Below are positions 8,014 through 17,615 of a stretch of 64,000 nt of DNA, piece after piece. This stretch comes from Alphaproteobacteria bacterium (lineage in GTDB: Bacteria; Pseudomonadota; Alphaproteobacteria; UBA7887), in the NCBI GenBank assembly GCA_965216755.1, contig CBDCGL010000011.1, forward strand, positions 1,376,001-1,440,000. The letters run 5' to 3'. Positions within the stretch are counted from its first letter, which is position 1; every line of letters begins with the position of its first letter. A program made the translations under genes and the position numbers. The notes below the pieces were generated by a model. The model had not been told where the DNA came from. It saw nothing but the letters and a program-made list of their open reading frames with translations, and did no database searches.

Positions 8014-9304
8014 CGTGGAGGAATGACCCCGCCACCAAACCACGCACCGCCCCATGGCCGCCTTGAGGTGTGCCGCGTGCGTCTCGCGCGGCAAATAATG
8101 GCGTATTGCCCCGCTCACGAATAACGCTTGCAAAATGGAACTCATGCCCGGCAAAGCGCTGACCGGCCGGTCCCAGAGGACTCTCGACACACGTTTCCAT
8201 GTTTCGGTAGCCAAGATGCAAACGACGCGACGCAAACGTCGTCTCGACCGGCAACAGATCTGCCATCCGGTGCGCAACGCCGTCGGCGTCGGTCAATGAC
8301 GCGCCGAGCACCATATAGCCGCCGCATTCACCATAAACGCTGACGCCGGCTTCCCCCGCACGTCGTAGTCCCGTCAAGAATGTTTGATTGGCCGCGAGCT
8401 GGCCGGCATGAAGTTCCGGATAACCGCCCGGCAAATAGATGGCGTCCACGGAAGATGACGGCGATTCATCTGCCAGCGGAGAGAACATTTGGATATCGGC
8501 GCCGGCCGCACGCCAATCATCGAGTAAATGGGGATAGGCGAACCCAAATGCTGCATCGCACGCCACCGCGACACGTTGCCCCAGCGGCCGCAAATGGCCG
8601 CCCATTCGCGACCCGCGCTCCATCTGAGTCGGTCTTGCCAAGCTGAGCAATAAGTCGGTGTCGACGTGAGACCCAATCATAGTCGCGGCGCGATCCAGGA
8701 ATTCTTCGAGTTCGGGATGCTCGCCGGCTTGGACCAGACCAAGATGGCGGCTGGGCAAGGCACACTCCAGATTGCGCGGCACGAAGCCGAGTTGTTTCAG
8801 ACCCAGCGGCGCACATGCGTCATTCAGAATGCGCACGTGGCCAGTGCCACCAACTTGATTGAAGATTACCCCAGCAATATTGACGCCTGGACGATGGTTC
8901 ATGAATCCCTGGATTAAGGCCGCCGCCGACGCCGCCTGGCCGCGCGCATCGACCACCAACACGATCGGCCAACCGATCGCCAGCGCTGCATCCGCCGTGC
9001 TGCCCGTACCGTCGGTGGCACCATCGAACAACCCCATGGTGCCTTCGCCGATGACAAGTTCGGCACCCTCGGCGGTGGCGTCAATGACGCGCGCGATCGT
9101 CTCCGGCCGCATGGCCCAAACATCGATATTTCGGCTCGGCCGACCGGTGGCCGCGGCATGAAATGCTGGATCTATATAGTCGGGCCCGATTTTGACCGAC
9201 CCGACGGCGGTGCCGGCACGGCTGAAATGACGCAAAAGGCCCAAAGTGAGAGTTGTCTTACCTGCGCCGGAGGCCGGCGCCGCGACGATGACTCCAGGAA
9301 CCAT
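7997..9304 (-). CDS. cobB: (Hydrogeno)byrinic/cobyrinic acid a,c-diamide synthase (CobB/CbiA)
   Basis: ASGAGKTT, KIGPDYIDP, EGTMGLFDG, LPSRHLGLV, LPGGYPELH, YGECGG, GHEFH. Confidence 0.95.
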   Translation of the reverse strand: MVPGVIVAAPASGAGKTTLTLGLLRHFSRAGTAVGSVKIGPDYIDPAFHAAATGRPSRNIDVWAMRPETIARVIDATAEGAELVIGEGTMGLFDGATDGTGSTADAALAIGWPIVLVVDARGQAASAAALIQGFMNHRPGVNIAGVIFNQVGGTGHVRILNDACAPLGLKQLGFVPRNLECALPSRHLGLVQAGEHPELEEFLDRAATMIGSHVDTDLLLSLARPTQMERGSRMGGHLRPLGQRVAVACDAAFGFAYPHLLDDWRAAGADIQMFSPLADESPSSSVDAIYLPGGYPELHAGQLAANQTFLTGLRRAGEAGVSVYGECGGYMVLGASLTDADGVAHRMADLLPVETTFASRRLHLGYRNMETCVESPLGPAGQRFAGHEFHFASVIRERGNTPLFAARDARGTPQGGHGAVRGLVAGSFLHVIDSR

Positions 9305-9308
9305 GGCA

Positions 9309-9772
9309 CTAGAGCCGTGTCCGATAATATAGAACCATTCTGCCGGAGCGCCTTTTCGTCAAGATCAAGTCGCTGTCCGCAGGGCGTATCAGGCATACGG
9401 CCAAGGACAGCGCCGCCGAGATTGGCGAAAAGGCGCCCGGCCCTGCGGGTTCGCAACCGGCGGGCGACCCCCGATGGGAATCCATGTGGACGACCACATT
9501 GGTCGGACGGCTTGCCCGATGCGCTCGTGCGGTGGATCGGACGTTCGCTTGATCTCGCATCGAGCACCGGAGCGAACGTCCGATCCGTGAACCGCACGAG
9601 ATGCGAACAATCGGCTCGTGTCCTGACGAAGCCGAAGTTCGTAAGGCGCCTGGGGTCAGACGTGACGAACTTCGGTTTCGGGACACGAGCATCGCGCGGC
9701 ACCGCCCTTCGCGTGGATCGCCACGCCGGGCCGCGAACAGAATTGATTCAATATTGTCGGACACGGCTCTAG
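9309..9772. mobile_element. Non-autonomous MITE-like element (464 bp including flanking CTAG) with ~34-bp imperfect terminal inverted repeats
   Basis: Left end CTAGAGCCGTGTCCGATAATATAGAACCATTCTG; reverse complement of right end CTAGAGCCGTGTCCGACAATATTGAATCAATTCTG. CTAG (or TA) is duplicated. Removing the element leaves a 19-bp cobA-cobB spacer. No transposase ORF. Confidence 0.8.
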
Positions 9773-9783
9773 CCCGTTGCCGC

Positions 9784-10623
9784 TCAGCCGGTCTCGTCGC
9801 GGATCCCAACACCGAGTGGATCCGGTTCGAGCTGGCGGCCGGCCATAGCGCCAATCCAATCCAACCCGGCGCGCAAGCGAACGGCGTCGCCAATCACGAG
9901 CAGCGCGGGCGGCGGCATGCCGGCGTCAGCGGCGGCGCGTGCCGCAGAGCTTAGGTTGGTCTCCAAAACGTACTGGTTCGGCAATGTGGCGTTGGAGACT
10001 ATTGCCGCCGGCGCATCTGCAGCAACGCCGCCTGCGATCAGTTGGTCGGTTATGTCAGCGAGGTTCTTGAGCGGCATGTAAACCACGATGGTTCCGGTGA
10101 GACCGGCAACGGCCCGCCAATTGACACCATCGGGGACGGCACCACCGGCGGCATGCGCCGTGACAAACGTAACGGCCGAATTGCTTTCACGAAATGTCAG
10201 CGGGATACCCGCATAGGCAAGCCCGCCCACGCCAGACGATATGCCGGGCACGACACGGAATGGAATATTCGCCGCCACTAACGACAGGGCTTCTTCGACG
10301 CCGCGCCCAAAAACAAACGGGTCGCCACCTTTGAGCCGCAAGACCCTGTGGCCTTGGCGCGCCAGCTTTATCAAGCGGCGGGATATATCCACCTGGCGCG
10401 GCGACGGTTTACCGCCACGTTTGCCGGCATATTCGCGCGTGGCGTCTGGACCGGCGATGTCCAGGACCTGGTGACTCACCAACGCATCGTGAATGATGTA
10501 GTCCGCATGCTTGAGAGCGTGCAGGGCGTGAAGTGTCAATAGGCCAGGATCACCCGGGCCGGCGCCAACCAGCCACACCGAACCGGGCGCAAATTCAGGA
10601 AGATCCGGGACATTATCGACCAT
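9784..10623 (-). CDS. cobA: Uroporphyrinogen-III C-methyltransferase
   Basis: VWLVGAGPGDPGLLT, HDALV, GKRGGKPSPRQ, LRLKGGDPFVFGRG, GIPLTFR. Confidence 0.95.
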   Translation of the reverse strand: MVDNVPDLPEFAPGSVWLVGAGPGDPGLLTLHALHALKHADYIIHDALVSHQVLDIAGPDATREYAGKRGGKPSPRQVDISRRLIKLARQGHRVLRLKGGDPFVFGRGVEEALSLVAANIPFRVVPGISSGVGGLAYAGIPLTFRESNSAVTFVTAHAAGGAVPDGVNWRAVAGLTGTIVVYMPLKNLADITDQLIAGGVAADAPAAIVSNATLPNQYVLETNLSSAARAAADAGMPPPALLVIGDAVRLRAGLDWIGAMAGRQLEPDPLGVGIRDETG

Positions 10624-10683
10624 AGGCGCAAAGTACACGTTCGGTCCTGGCCAACCAAGCGACCTTCTCTCTATCATCGCACC

Positions 10684-11769
10684 ATGAATGCCCCCCAAAA
10701 CAAGCCCTTGCGGCGTGGCTGGACGACCGGCGCTTGCGCTGCCGCCGGGGCAAAGGCCGCATACACGGCGTTGCTGACTCGTGCGTTCCCCGACCCAGTG
10801 TCGATTAGACTACCAAACGGTCAGGAACCGGCATTCGCGCTCGCCCATCAGGGGCTGGGGCCCGATTGGGCGGAAGCCGCGATCGTCAAGGACGCCGGCG
10901 ATGATCCGGATGTCACCCATGGCGCTCTGGTGGTCATTCGCGTGCGGCCCGGCCGCGTGGGCACCGGGGTCACGTTTTCTGCCGGCGACGGGGTCGGCAC
11001 AGTGACCAAGCCGGGGCTGCAACTCGAAGTCGGCGAACCGGCGATCAACCCCGCGCCGCGGCGGATGATTACCCAGGTGATAGCGGACGCGGCGGCGATT
11101 CACGGTGTGCGGGCGGACATCGATGTCCAGATTTCCATCCCAGGCGGTGCGACGCTGGCAGAACGCACTCTCAATAGGCGCCTGGGAATCGAAGGCGGGT
11201 TGTCCGTGCTCGGCACGACCGGCGTCGTGGTTCCCTATTCCTGCGCCGCGTGGATCCACGCCATCCATCGGGGCATCGACGTGGCACGGGCCGCCGGTCT
11301 GAAACATATCGCCGCGGCCACCGGCTCCACCTCAGAAGCCGCGGTCAAGCGCCACTACGGCCTGTCTGACACTGCGTTGATCGAGATGGGTGATTTTGCC
11401 GGCGGCCTTATAAAATATCTCCGGACACATCCGGTTGCACAACTCACCATTGCGGGCGGAATTGGCAAGATCACTAAACTCGCACAAGGCTATTTGGACT
11501 TGCATGCGCGACGCAGCGTCGTCGACATGAACTGGCTGGCCGAAGCCGCCGCAGACGCGGGTGCGGACCAAGCTTTGATCACGGCAATACGCCAACAGCA
11601 AACAGCACGTGGCGCACTCGCTTGCTCCCGCGTGGTCCATGTGCCGTTGGCGGACGTCGTCGCCAGCAGGGCGCGGATGAAGGCGCTGGAGCATCTATCT
11701 GAGAAAGCCGCCGTCGAGGTGCTGATATTCGATCATCAGGGCCAGTTGGTCGGTCAGGGCGATGGTTGA
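10684..11769 (+). CDS. cbiD: Cobalt-precorrin-5B C1-methyltransferase
   Basis: LRRGWTTGACAAA, KDAGDDPDVTHGA, GVGTVTKPGL, PAINPAPR, RLGIEGGLSVLGTTG, MGDF, DLHARRS. Confidence 0.95.
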   Translation: MNAPQNKPLRRGWTTGACAAAGAKAAYTALLTRAFPDPVSIRLPNGQEPAFALAHQGLGPDWAEAAIVKDAGDDPDVTHGALVVIRVRPGRVGTGVTFSAGDGVGTVTKPGLQLEVGEPAINPAPRRMITQVIADAAAIHGVRADIDVQISIPGGATLAERTLNRRLGIEGGLSVLGTTGVVVPYSCAAWIHAIHRGIDVARAAGLKHIAAATGSTSEAAVKRHYGLSDTALIEMGDFAGGLIKYLRTHPVAQLTIAGGIGKITKLAQGYLDLHARRSVVDMNWLAEAAADAGADQALITAIRQQQTARGALACSRVVHVPLADVVASRARMKALEHLSEKAAVEVLIFDHQGQLVGQGDG

Positions 11770-12535
11770 CGCCCACCGGGTGCTGATCCTTGGCGGCACA
11801 GCCGAAGCCATGGCTCTCGCTCATCTTCTTCATAGCCAAGGATCCTTTCAGGTGACCACATCGCTCGCCGGCGTGACCAGCGCACCCCGTCGGCCCAAAG
11901 GCTGCGTGCGCACCGGCGGGTTCGGCGGTTCGGAAGGACTGGTCCGCTATTTGTGTGACCAAGGCATTGAAGCGATGGTCGATGCCACACACCCGTTTGC
12001 TGCGCAAATGAGTCGCCAAGCCGTCATCGCCGCGGGCCGTCTAGACTTGCCTTTCCGCCGATTGACACGGCCGGCATGGTCCCCGCAACCGGCTGATCGG
12101 TGGATCGGCGTCGCCGATATCGAGGCCGCAGCCGCATGGCTGCCCCGCATCGGCCAAAGGGCCTTTCTAACCATCGGACGCAAAGGGTTGGCCGCCTTTG
12201 CACGCTGCGCGGATACTTGGTTTTTGGTTCGCATGGTCGATTCGCCGACCGCGGGCGTGCCGCTGCAAAATGCGCAACTCGTCCTTGCGCGCGGACCGTT
12301 CCGACAAGCCGATGAAGCGGCACTGATGCGACAGCACAAGATTGATGTTGTGATCGCAAAAAACAGCGGTGGATCCGCGACATTTGGCAAGATCGGCGCA
12401 GCCCGTCAGCTCGGTCTTCCTGTCATCATGATCGCGCGCCCGGTCTTGCCGGCCGCACTGGAAGTCAGCTCGGTGGCGGATGCCGCCGCGTGGCTAACCC
12501 AAACAAATAGCAAGCAGGGCACGCGGCCGTTTTAG
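11762..12535 (+). CDS. cobK: (Cobalt-)precorrin-6A reductase (CobK/CbiJ)
   Basis: LILGGTAEA, SLAG, GGFGG, VDATHPFA, ARGPF, AKNSGG. Confidence 0.95.
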   Translation: MVDAHRVLILGGTAEAMALAHLLHSQGSFQVTTSLAGVTSAPRRPKGCVRTGGFGGSEGLVRYLCDQGIEAMVDATHPFAAQMSRQAVIAAGRLDLPFRRLTRPAWSPQPADRWIGVADIEAAAAWLPRIGQRAFLTIGRKGLAAFARCADTWFLVRMVDSPTAGVPLQNAQLVLARGPFRQADEAALMRQHKIDVVIAKNSGGSATFGKIGAARQLGLPVIMIARPVLPAALEVSSVADAAAWLTQTNSKQGTRPF

Positions 12536-13299
12536 GATTTGCTACCGCCGCGACGGAATAGATGGGTGTGATCGGTAGCATATAGCCGACTATCGGTCGC
12601 GCCGGCAGGATCGAGCGCTCGGCCGACGAGGATAAGCCCGGTCCGGGTTAGTTTGGCCGCACGCACCTTTTCGCGAATATCGGCGAGCCTACCCCAGATC
12701 ACAAGTTGGTCCGGCCAACTCGCTCGGTAGACCACGACAGCCGGACAGTCGGCCCCATAGGCCGGCGTTAGCTCGGTCACCACGTGGCGCAAATTCCGGA
12801 TCGAAAGGTGAATGGCCAACGTCGCGTGTGTCGCCGCGAATGCGGCCAGCGTCTCACCGCGAGGCATGGGCGACGATTTCATTGCGGTCCGGGTCAATAT
12901 TACGGTTTGGCTTATGCCTGGCACCGTCAATTCGAGACCAAGTGTCGCCGCGGCCGCCGCGAATGCCGGTACGCCCGGCACAATCTCGTAGGCGATCCCT
13001 AGCTTGTCGAGGCGACGGATCTGCTCGCCGATCGCACCATAAAGCGACGGGTCGCCGGAATGAACGCGTGCGACGTCCACCCCTCTGCGATCGGCCGATT
13101 GGAACTCCGCAATGATCTCGTCCAGCGTCATCCCTGACGTGTCGACAACCCTAGCAGCATCCGGCGCATGGGCTATCACGTCGCGCGGAACCAAGGAGCC
13201 GGCGTAAAGACAAACCGGACATTTCGAAATTACCCGGCGCCCGCGCACGGTGATCAGGTCGGGCGCGCCCGGCCCCGCACCAATGAAATGTACGGTCAC
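12532..13299 (-). CDS. cobM: (Cobalt-)precorrin-4 C11-methyltransferase (CobM/CbiF)
   Basis: MTVHFIGAGPGAPDLITVRG, LYAGSLV, RVHSGDPSLYGAIGEQ, ELTVPGISQTVILTR, AIHLS. Confidence 0.95.
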   Translation of the reverse strand: MTVHFIGAGPGAPDLITVRGRRVISKCPVCLYAGSLVPRDVIAHAPDAARVVDTSGMTLDEIIAEFQSADRRGVDVARVHSGDPSLYGAIGEQIRRLDKLGIAYEIVPGVPAFAAAAATLGLELTVPGISQTVILTRTAMKSSPMPRGETLAAFAATHATLAIHLSIRNLRHVVTELTPAYGADCPAVVVYRASWPDQLVIWGRLADIREKVRAAKLTRTGLILVGRALDPAGATDSRLYATDHTHLFRRGGSKS

Positions 13300-15104
13300 G
13301 AGCTCTCCACCTCGCTTATGGCGTAGCCCCGTGGCGTGTACATGGATACCTGGTCGTGATTTGTGAACGTGCGCGTTTGCGACGACCCCACCACAACAAT
13401 TGTCAGCATATCAATATTATCGGCGCTCACCGATGCAAGTGAGACAACACGCACATCTTCGTTTTCCCGGCCGAGATTGCGGGCCAATACGACGGGCGTT
13501 TCCGGTTCACGCCGTTGCAAAAGAATGTCGCGCGCTCGGCCAATATGTGCTTGGCGGCGACGAGAGACTGGATTGTAAAGGGCGACGACGAAATCACCCT
13601 CTGCGGCCGCACGCAACCGGCGTTCAATGACCGACCACGGCGTCATGAGGTCGGACAGCGAAATAGCACAGAAGTCGTTTCCAAGAGGCGCTCCGACGCG
13701 CGCGGCTGCGGCCTGCAATGCGCTGACGCCCGGCGTCGTGACCACTTCAATGCGTCGCCATGCAATCACCGCAGTTTGATCGATCAACTCCCAAACCAAT
13801 GACGCCATGGCGTATATTCCCGCGTCGCCCGAACACACAAGCGCCACTGAACGACCCTGGCCGGCAAGATCGAGTGCACGGCGCACCCGCGCCTCCTCGT
13901 CACCAAGATCAAATCTATGACAAGCTTGATTGGCCGCCAAAGGTCCGATCAAATCCAAATAGAGGCGATAGCCAACGATATCCGTGGCTTCGACGATGAA
14001 CCGTTCGGCTTCCGGCGTACGCCAATTTGCCGCGCCTGGTCCGAGCCCGACGATTGCCAGTCGCCCGCGCGCGCGGCCAACGCGTGTTCCGTCGAACGGC
14101 AACTGTGCTTCGGCCACAGCCACCGTCGCTTGGGCCCCACGCTGCTTCTTCACCACCAGATGTGCCTCAGGGCCCGCGGCCGCGAGCGCGGCGGCTTCAG
14201 CCACACCATGAGCGCCGACCGCCCGATAGACCGTCTCGGAAGGGTTGGCCAAGCGCGGCGTTTCTTGCTCCAATCGTTCGGCAGTGAAAAAACGCGCTGG
14301 AACCTTCAGCGCGGCTGCGACGGCGTGGACGGCCGGTTCGTCCAACTTCAAGTCTATCGAGTACATACCGGCTACCGCCCGTTCGGCAAGACCGGCATCG
14401 ACCAGTGTCGCGCGAACAAACGCGATGACCTTTTCGGGTGGCGCGCCGCGTTCGGTGCCGACCCCTACCGCAAGGACGCGCGGATGATAGACAAGATGTG
14501 ACGGTGATCCTTCATCCTGCCGCGACGTAATGGTCAGGGCCAAAGCCCCCTCACCCCGACGGAGCGACAATGTCGCCAATGCCGGCCACATTTGCGCGCC
14601 CGCAACACGCACATTTGAGCCATTGAGCAACGCGGTCGCAAACGCTTTATGATCGTCCGGGTTGGCAAGCGTGATGCCGGCTGGCGGATCGTCTAACGCC
14701 ACCCCAAACATCGCGTCAGTTGCCGTCGTGGTCGTCGCCTTAACACCTAAAACGGCAGCGATATGTTTGCTTATGACGTTTGCACCATGGTGCCCACCCA
14801 GCACCGGCACGACGGCACCGCCGTCCTCGCCGACGGCAATGACCGGCGGCTCCGCCACTTTGTTGTGCACGCAGGCGCCTAGAATACGAACCAGTATGCC
14901 CACGGCTCCGATTCCGACGATGGGTTGGCCAGACCGAAAGATGGCCCGCAAATGATCGCCCGGCTGGTCAATCCGTTTGTCCGTACCGTCAACACTTGTC
15001 GGACCATGAATTTCCGCACCATCTAGGGCGTTCGCGATTTTCCGTGCCAACGGCAATGCGCGTTCCGCCCAGACAAAAATTATTGGTGGGGTCACATGCG
15101 CCAT
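13296..15104 (-). CDS. cobJ: CbiG/CobE-CobJ(CbiH) fusion: cobalt-precorrin-5A hydrolase domain plus precorrin-3B C17-methyltransferase
   Basis: N-terminal CbiG motifs (GILVRIL, EPPVIAV, VLGGHHGAN, TTTATD, GVGTERG, GVAEAAA); C-terminal methyltransferase (VGLGPG, CSGDAGIYAMA, PLGNDFCAISLSDLMTPW, LYNPVS, YTPRGY). Confidence 0.92.
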   Translation of the reverse strand: MAHVTPPIIFVWAERALPLARKIANALDGAEIHGPTSVDGTDKRIDQPGDHLRAIFRSGQPIVGIGAVGILVRILGACVHNKVAEPPVIAVGEDGGAVVPVLGGHHGANVISKHIAAVLGVKATTTTATDAMFGVALDDPPAGITLANPDDHKAFATALLNGSNVRVAGAQMWPALATLSLRRGEGALALTITSRQDEGSPSHLVYHPRVLAVGVGTERGAPPEKVIAFVRATLVDAGLAERAVAGMYSIDLKLDEPAVHAVAAALKVPARFFTAERLEQETPRLANPSETVYRAVGAHGVAEAAALAAAGPEAHLVVKKQRGAQATVAVAEAQLPFDGTRVGRARGRLAIVGLGPGAANWRTPEAERFIVEATDIVGYRLYLDLIGPLAANQACHRFDLGDEEARVRRALDLAGQGRSVALVCSGDAGIYAMASLVWELIDQTAVIAWRRIEVVTTPGVSALQAAAARVGAPLGNDFCAISLSDLMTPWSVIERRLRAAAEGDFVVALYNPVSRRRQAHIGRARDILLQRREPETPVVLARNLGRENEDVRVVSLASVSADNIDMLTIVVVGSSQTRTFTNHDQVSMYTPRGYAISEVESS

Positions 15105-15799
15105 GCGCCGCCCCGGCAATGGACGAGAATCATGGAGAAATACGGCACCTCGTCTGCACACACTTGATCGATCGGCAGAACGCGTTGATTGGACATGGTT
15201 GCTCGCTCTATGTAGTGGGCGCGATCGATCAAACCGCGGCGCCGCAGGATCCCCTGGACTTTCTCGAAGTGACGGCCGAGCTTGACAAGCGCGACGGCTT
15301 CGGCCCTTTCAAACCGCGCATCAATTTCGTCTTCGGACAACGTCGCGGGCACAATCGTCAAGACATCGTTGCGCGCCGACAATGGCGCACCGAGCGCAGC
15401 GGCGCATGCGGTCAATGAAGACACGCCCGGCACCACCTCAACGCGATAGTCCATGGCCATGCGCCCAAAGAGATAAAGGAACGAGCCGTAGAAAAACGGA
15501 TCGCCTTCGCATAACACGGCGGCGTCGCGCCCCGCGACAAGATGATCGCCGATCTCACGCGTCGCTCGATCGTAAACTTCCTGCGCCGGAAATCGGGCTT
15601 CGACCATGGGCATGCGCATGGCAATTTCAATTTGGTCGCCAGGCAGATGCTCAGCGACAATTTGCCGCGCCAAACTGTCACCATGCTCGGGGCTCGGATA
15701 GGCAATAACCGGGACGGTCGTCAGCACACGCAACGCCTTCAGCGTCAAAAGCTCAGGATCGCCGGGACCGACCCCGAGCCCATAGAGTGTTCCGGTCAT
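15092..15799 (-). CDS. cobI: Precorrin-2/cobalt-factor-II C20-methyltransferase (CobI/CbiL)
   Basis: MTGTLYGLGVGPGDPELLTLKA, LCEGDPFFYGSF, VPGVSS, PYFS; ATGA overlap with cobL stop. Confidence 0.95.
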   Translation of the reverse strand: MTGTLYGLGVGPGDPELLTLKALRVLTTVPVIAYPSPEHGDSLARQIVAEHLPGDQIEIAMRMPMVEARFPAQEVYDRATREIGDHLVAGRDAAVLCEGDPFFYGSFLYLFGRMAMDYRVEVVPGVSSLTACAAALGAPLSARNDVLTIVPATLSEDEIDARFERAEAVALVKLGRHFEKVQGILRRRGLIDRAHYIERATMSNQRVLPIDQVCADEVPYFSMILVHCRGGAWRM

Positions 15800-17001
15800 G
15801 ATTTGATAATTTCCCATTGCGTGACCGGCACCAGCGCCTGCCACACTTCAAACCGGCCGCTCGGTGCCGCGCGCGTGACCGCGATCCGACGCAACGCGCC
15901 GCCTTTCGTGCCATGCCATTCCGCAAGCCTTTGCTCACCCTCGACCGTGACGGCATTCGCGACCAATCGGCCGCCAGACTTGAGCGACTGCCAACATGTT
16001 TCGATCAGGTTGGCTGTCGTCAGCCCGCCACCGACGAAAACTGCGTCAGGCGGCTCAAGCCCCGAAAGCACAGCCGGCGCTTCACCACAAACGACGCTGA
16101 GGGTCGGTGCGCCCAATGCGACGGCATTCTCCCGAATATACGCGACACGATCTTCATTGCTTTCAATGGCGATCGCTGCCGCATAGGGCTCCATGCGCAG
16201 CCATTCGATGCCAATCGAGCCACAGCCAGCGCCCACGTCCCACAGCCGTTGTCCTGGCCCGGGGCGAAGCGCCGCCAAAGTCATGGCACGCACTTCGCGC
16301 TTGGTTAGCTGACCGTCATGACGGAACACGTCGTCCGGTAGACCAGGCGACCGCGAAAGCATTTGGACGCCGTCCGCCGGATGACACACAACGGCGACCG
16401 TGTTGAGATCCGCGATCGACGTGTCAGTCCAATTCTCCGCCGTGCCATCCACACGACGTTCGCGGCCGCCGCCCATATGTTCGAAAACCGACAGACGGCT
16501 CGGCCCAAATCCGCGTTCCCGTAGTAGAGAGGCGATTTGAGCGGGACTGCCGCCGTCGTTACTTAGAATTAGTAGTCGCGCATATGGTTGGACAAATGGA
16601 TGAATCATCTCGATCGGACGACTGTGCACGGTCAAGCAGCTACAGTCTGGTCTTGACCACCCCATTCGCGCCGCAGCCAAACTGAACGCCGATGGCGACG
16701 GTACAATCAGCATTTCGGATATCGGAAGCTGGCGCGCTAGCTTTGTGCCGATGCCGAAATCCATCGGGTCGCCCGTCGCCAGCACACAGACTCGACGACT
16801 GCGACACCGCTTGATGTCCTCGACCGTCTTTTGTAGTGGTGAAGCCCAAGTGAGACGTTGCGCGCCTGCGTCTGGGACCAAATCCAGATGGCGTTGGCTA
16901 CCGACCAAAACCTCCGCCTCGGCAATGAGTTCGCGGCCGACCGCGGGCAGATCGTCGAATCCGCCCTCACCAAGGCCAACCACACTAAGCCACCGTTTCA
17001 T
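15796..17001 (-). CDS. cobL: Precorrin-6Y C5,15-methyltransferase (decarboxylating), CobL/CbiET
   Basis: WLSVVGLGE, LATGDPM, DGQLTKREVRA, WDVGAGCGSIGIEW, PDAVFVGGG, GRLVANAVT. Confidence 0.95.
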   Translation of the reverse strand: MKRWLSVVGLGEGGFDDLPAVGRELIAEAEVLVGSQRHLDLVPDAGAQRLTWASPLQKTVEDIKRCRSRRVCVLATGDPMDFGIGTKLARQLPISEMLIVPSPSAFSLAAARMGWSRPDCSCLTVHSRPIEMIHPFVQPYARLLILSNDGGSPAQIASLLRERGFGPSRLSVFEHMGGGRERRVDGTAENWTDTSIADLNTVAVVCHPADGVQMLSRSPGLPDDVFRHDGQLTKREVRAMTLAALRPGPGQRLWDVGAGCGSIGIEWLRMEPYAAAIAIESNEDRVAYIRENAVALGAPTLSVVCGEAPAVLSGLEPPDAVFVGGGLTTANLIETCWQSLKSGGRLVANAVTVEGEQRLAEWHGTKGGALRRIAVTRAAPSGRFEVWQALVPVTQWEIIKS

Positions 17002-17615
17002 TCGCCTGCAGTCAGCGAATTGACGCCCGCCGCCGCCAGCGCACTGCCACCACGCCGGCCACGTAGAGTCACGAATGGCACGCCGGTTCCACTCTCAATA
17101 AGCGCCTGCTTAGATTCGGCGGCACCGACAAATCCGACGGGAAACCCGAAAATGGCCGCGGGTTTCGGCGCACCATCCCACAGCATCTCCAAAAGCCGAA
17201 ATAAGGCCGTCGGCGCGTTACCAATTGCCACCACAGCACCGAGCATATGCGGGCGCCATAGTTCCACCGCGGCAGCCGACCGGGTCGCGCCGCGCCTTTT
17301 GGCATCGATCTCCGTGACATCATCAAGCATGCACAAGACGGAATTGTCGGCCGGCAGGCGACGGGCAGTGATCCCGGCCTTGACCATTGCACAGTCAACC
17401 AATATCGGCGCGCCCGCACGAAGTGCCGCGCGTCCGGCACCTACCACGTCCCCGCGGTGCTCCAATCCAGAGATGATGTCGGGCATTCCACACGCGTGCA
17501 CTAGTCGCGTGACCAAACCAGCAAGTTCCGCTGGTAGATCGCCAAACGCGGTTTCGCGGCGAACGATCTCAAACGAGCGCCGCGTAATCTCGCCCGGGTC
17601 GCGAATGTAGTTCAC
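16998..17615 (-). CDS. cobH: Precorrin-8X methylmutase (CobH/CbiC)
   Basis: YIRDPGEI..RSF, RLVHACG, TRSAAA, IGNAPTAL, FPVGFVGAAESK, GRRGGSALAAA. Confidence 0.95.
   Translation of the reverse strand: MNYIRDPGEITRRSFEIVRRETAFGDLPAELAGLVTRLVHACGMPDIISGLEHRGDVVGAGRAALRAGAPILVDCAMVKAGITARRLPADNSVLCMLDDVTEIDAKRRGATRSAAAVELWRPHMLGAVVAIGNAPTALFRLLEMLWDGAPKPAAIFGFPVGFVGAAESKQALIESGTGVPFVTLRGRRGGSALAAAGVNSLTAGE

Noticed and set aside
9343-9740. Second cobalamin riboswitch upstream of cobB
   Set aside because: No GGGAA..GGTG, CCCCGCAACTGT or B12-box motifs in the right order on the minus strand.
9158-9893. ORFs 9158..9772(+), 9172..9702(-) and 9309..9893(-) as a possible transposase or leader protein
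   Set aside because: Arg/Pro/Ser-rich, no DDE or HUH motif; they are by-products of a GC-rich palindromic element, and two of them stop at the TIR CTAG.
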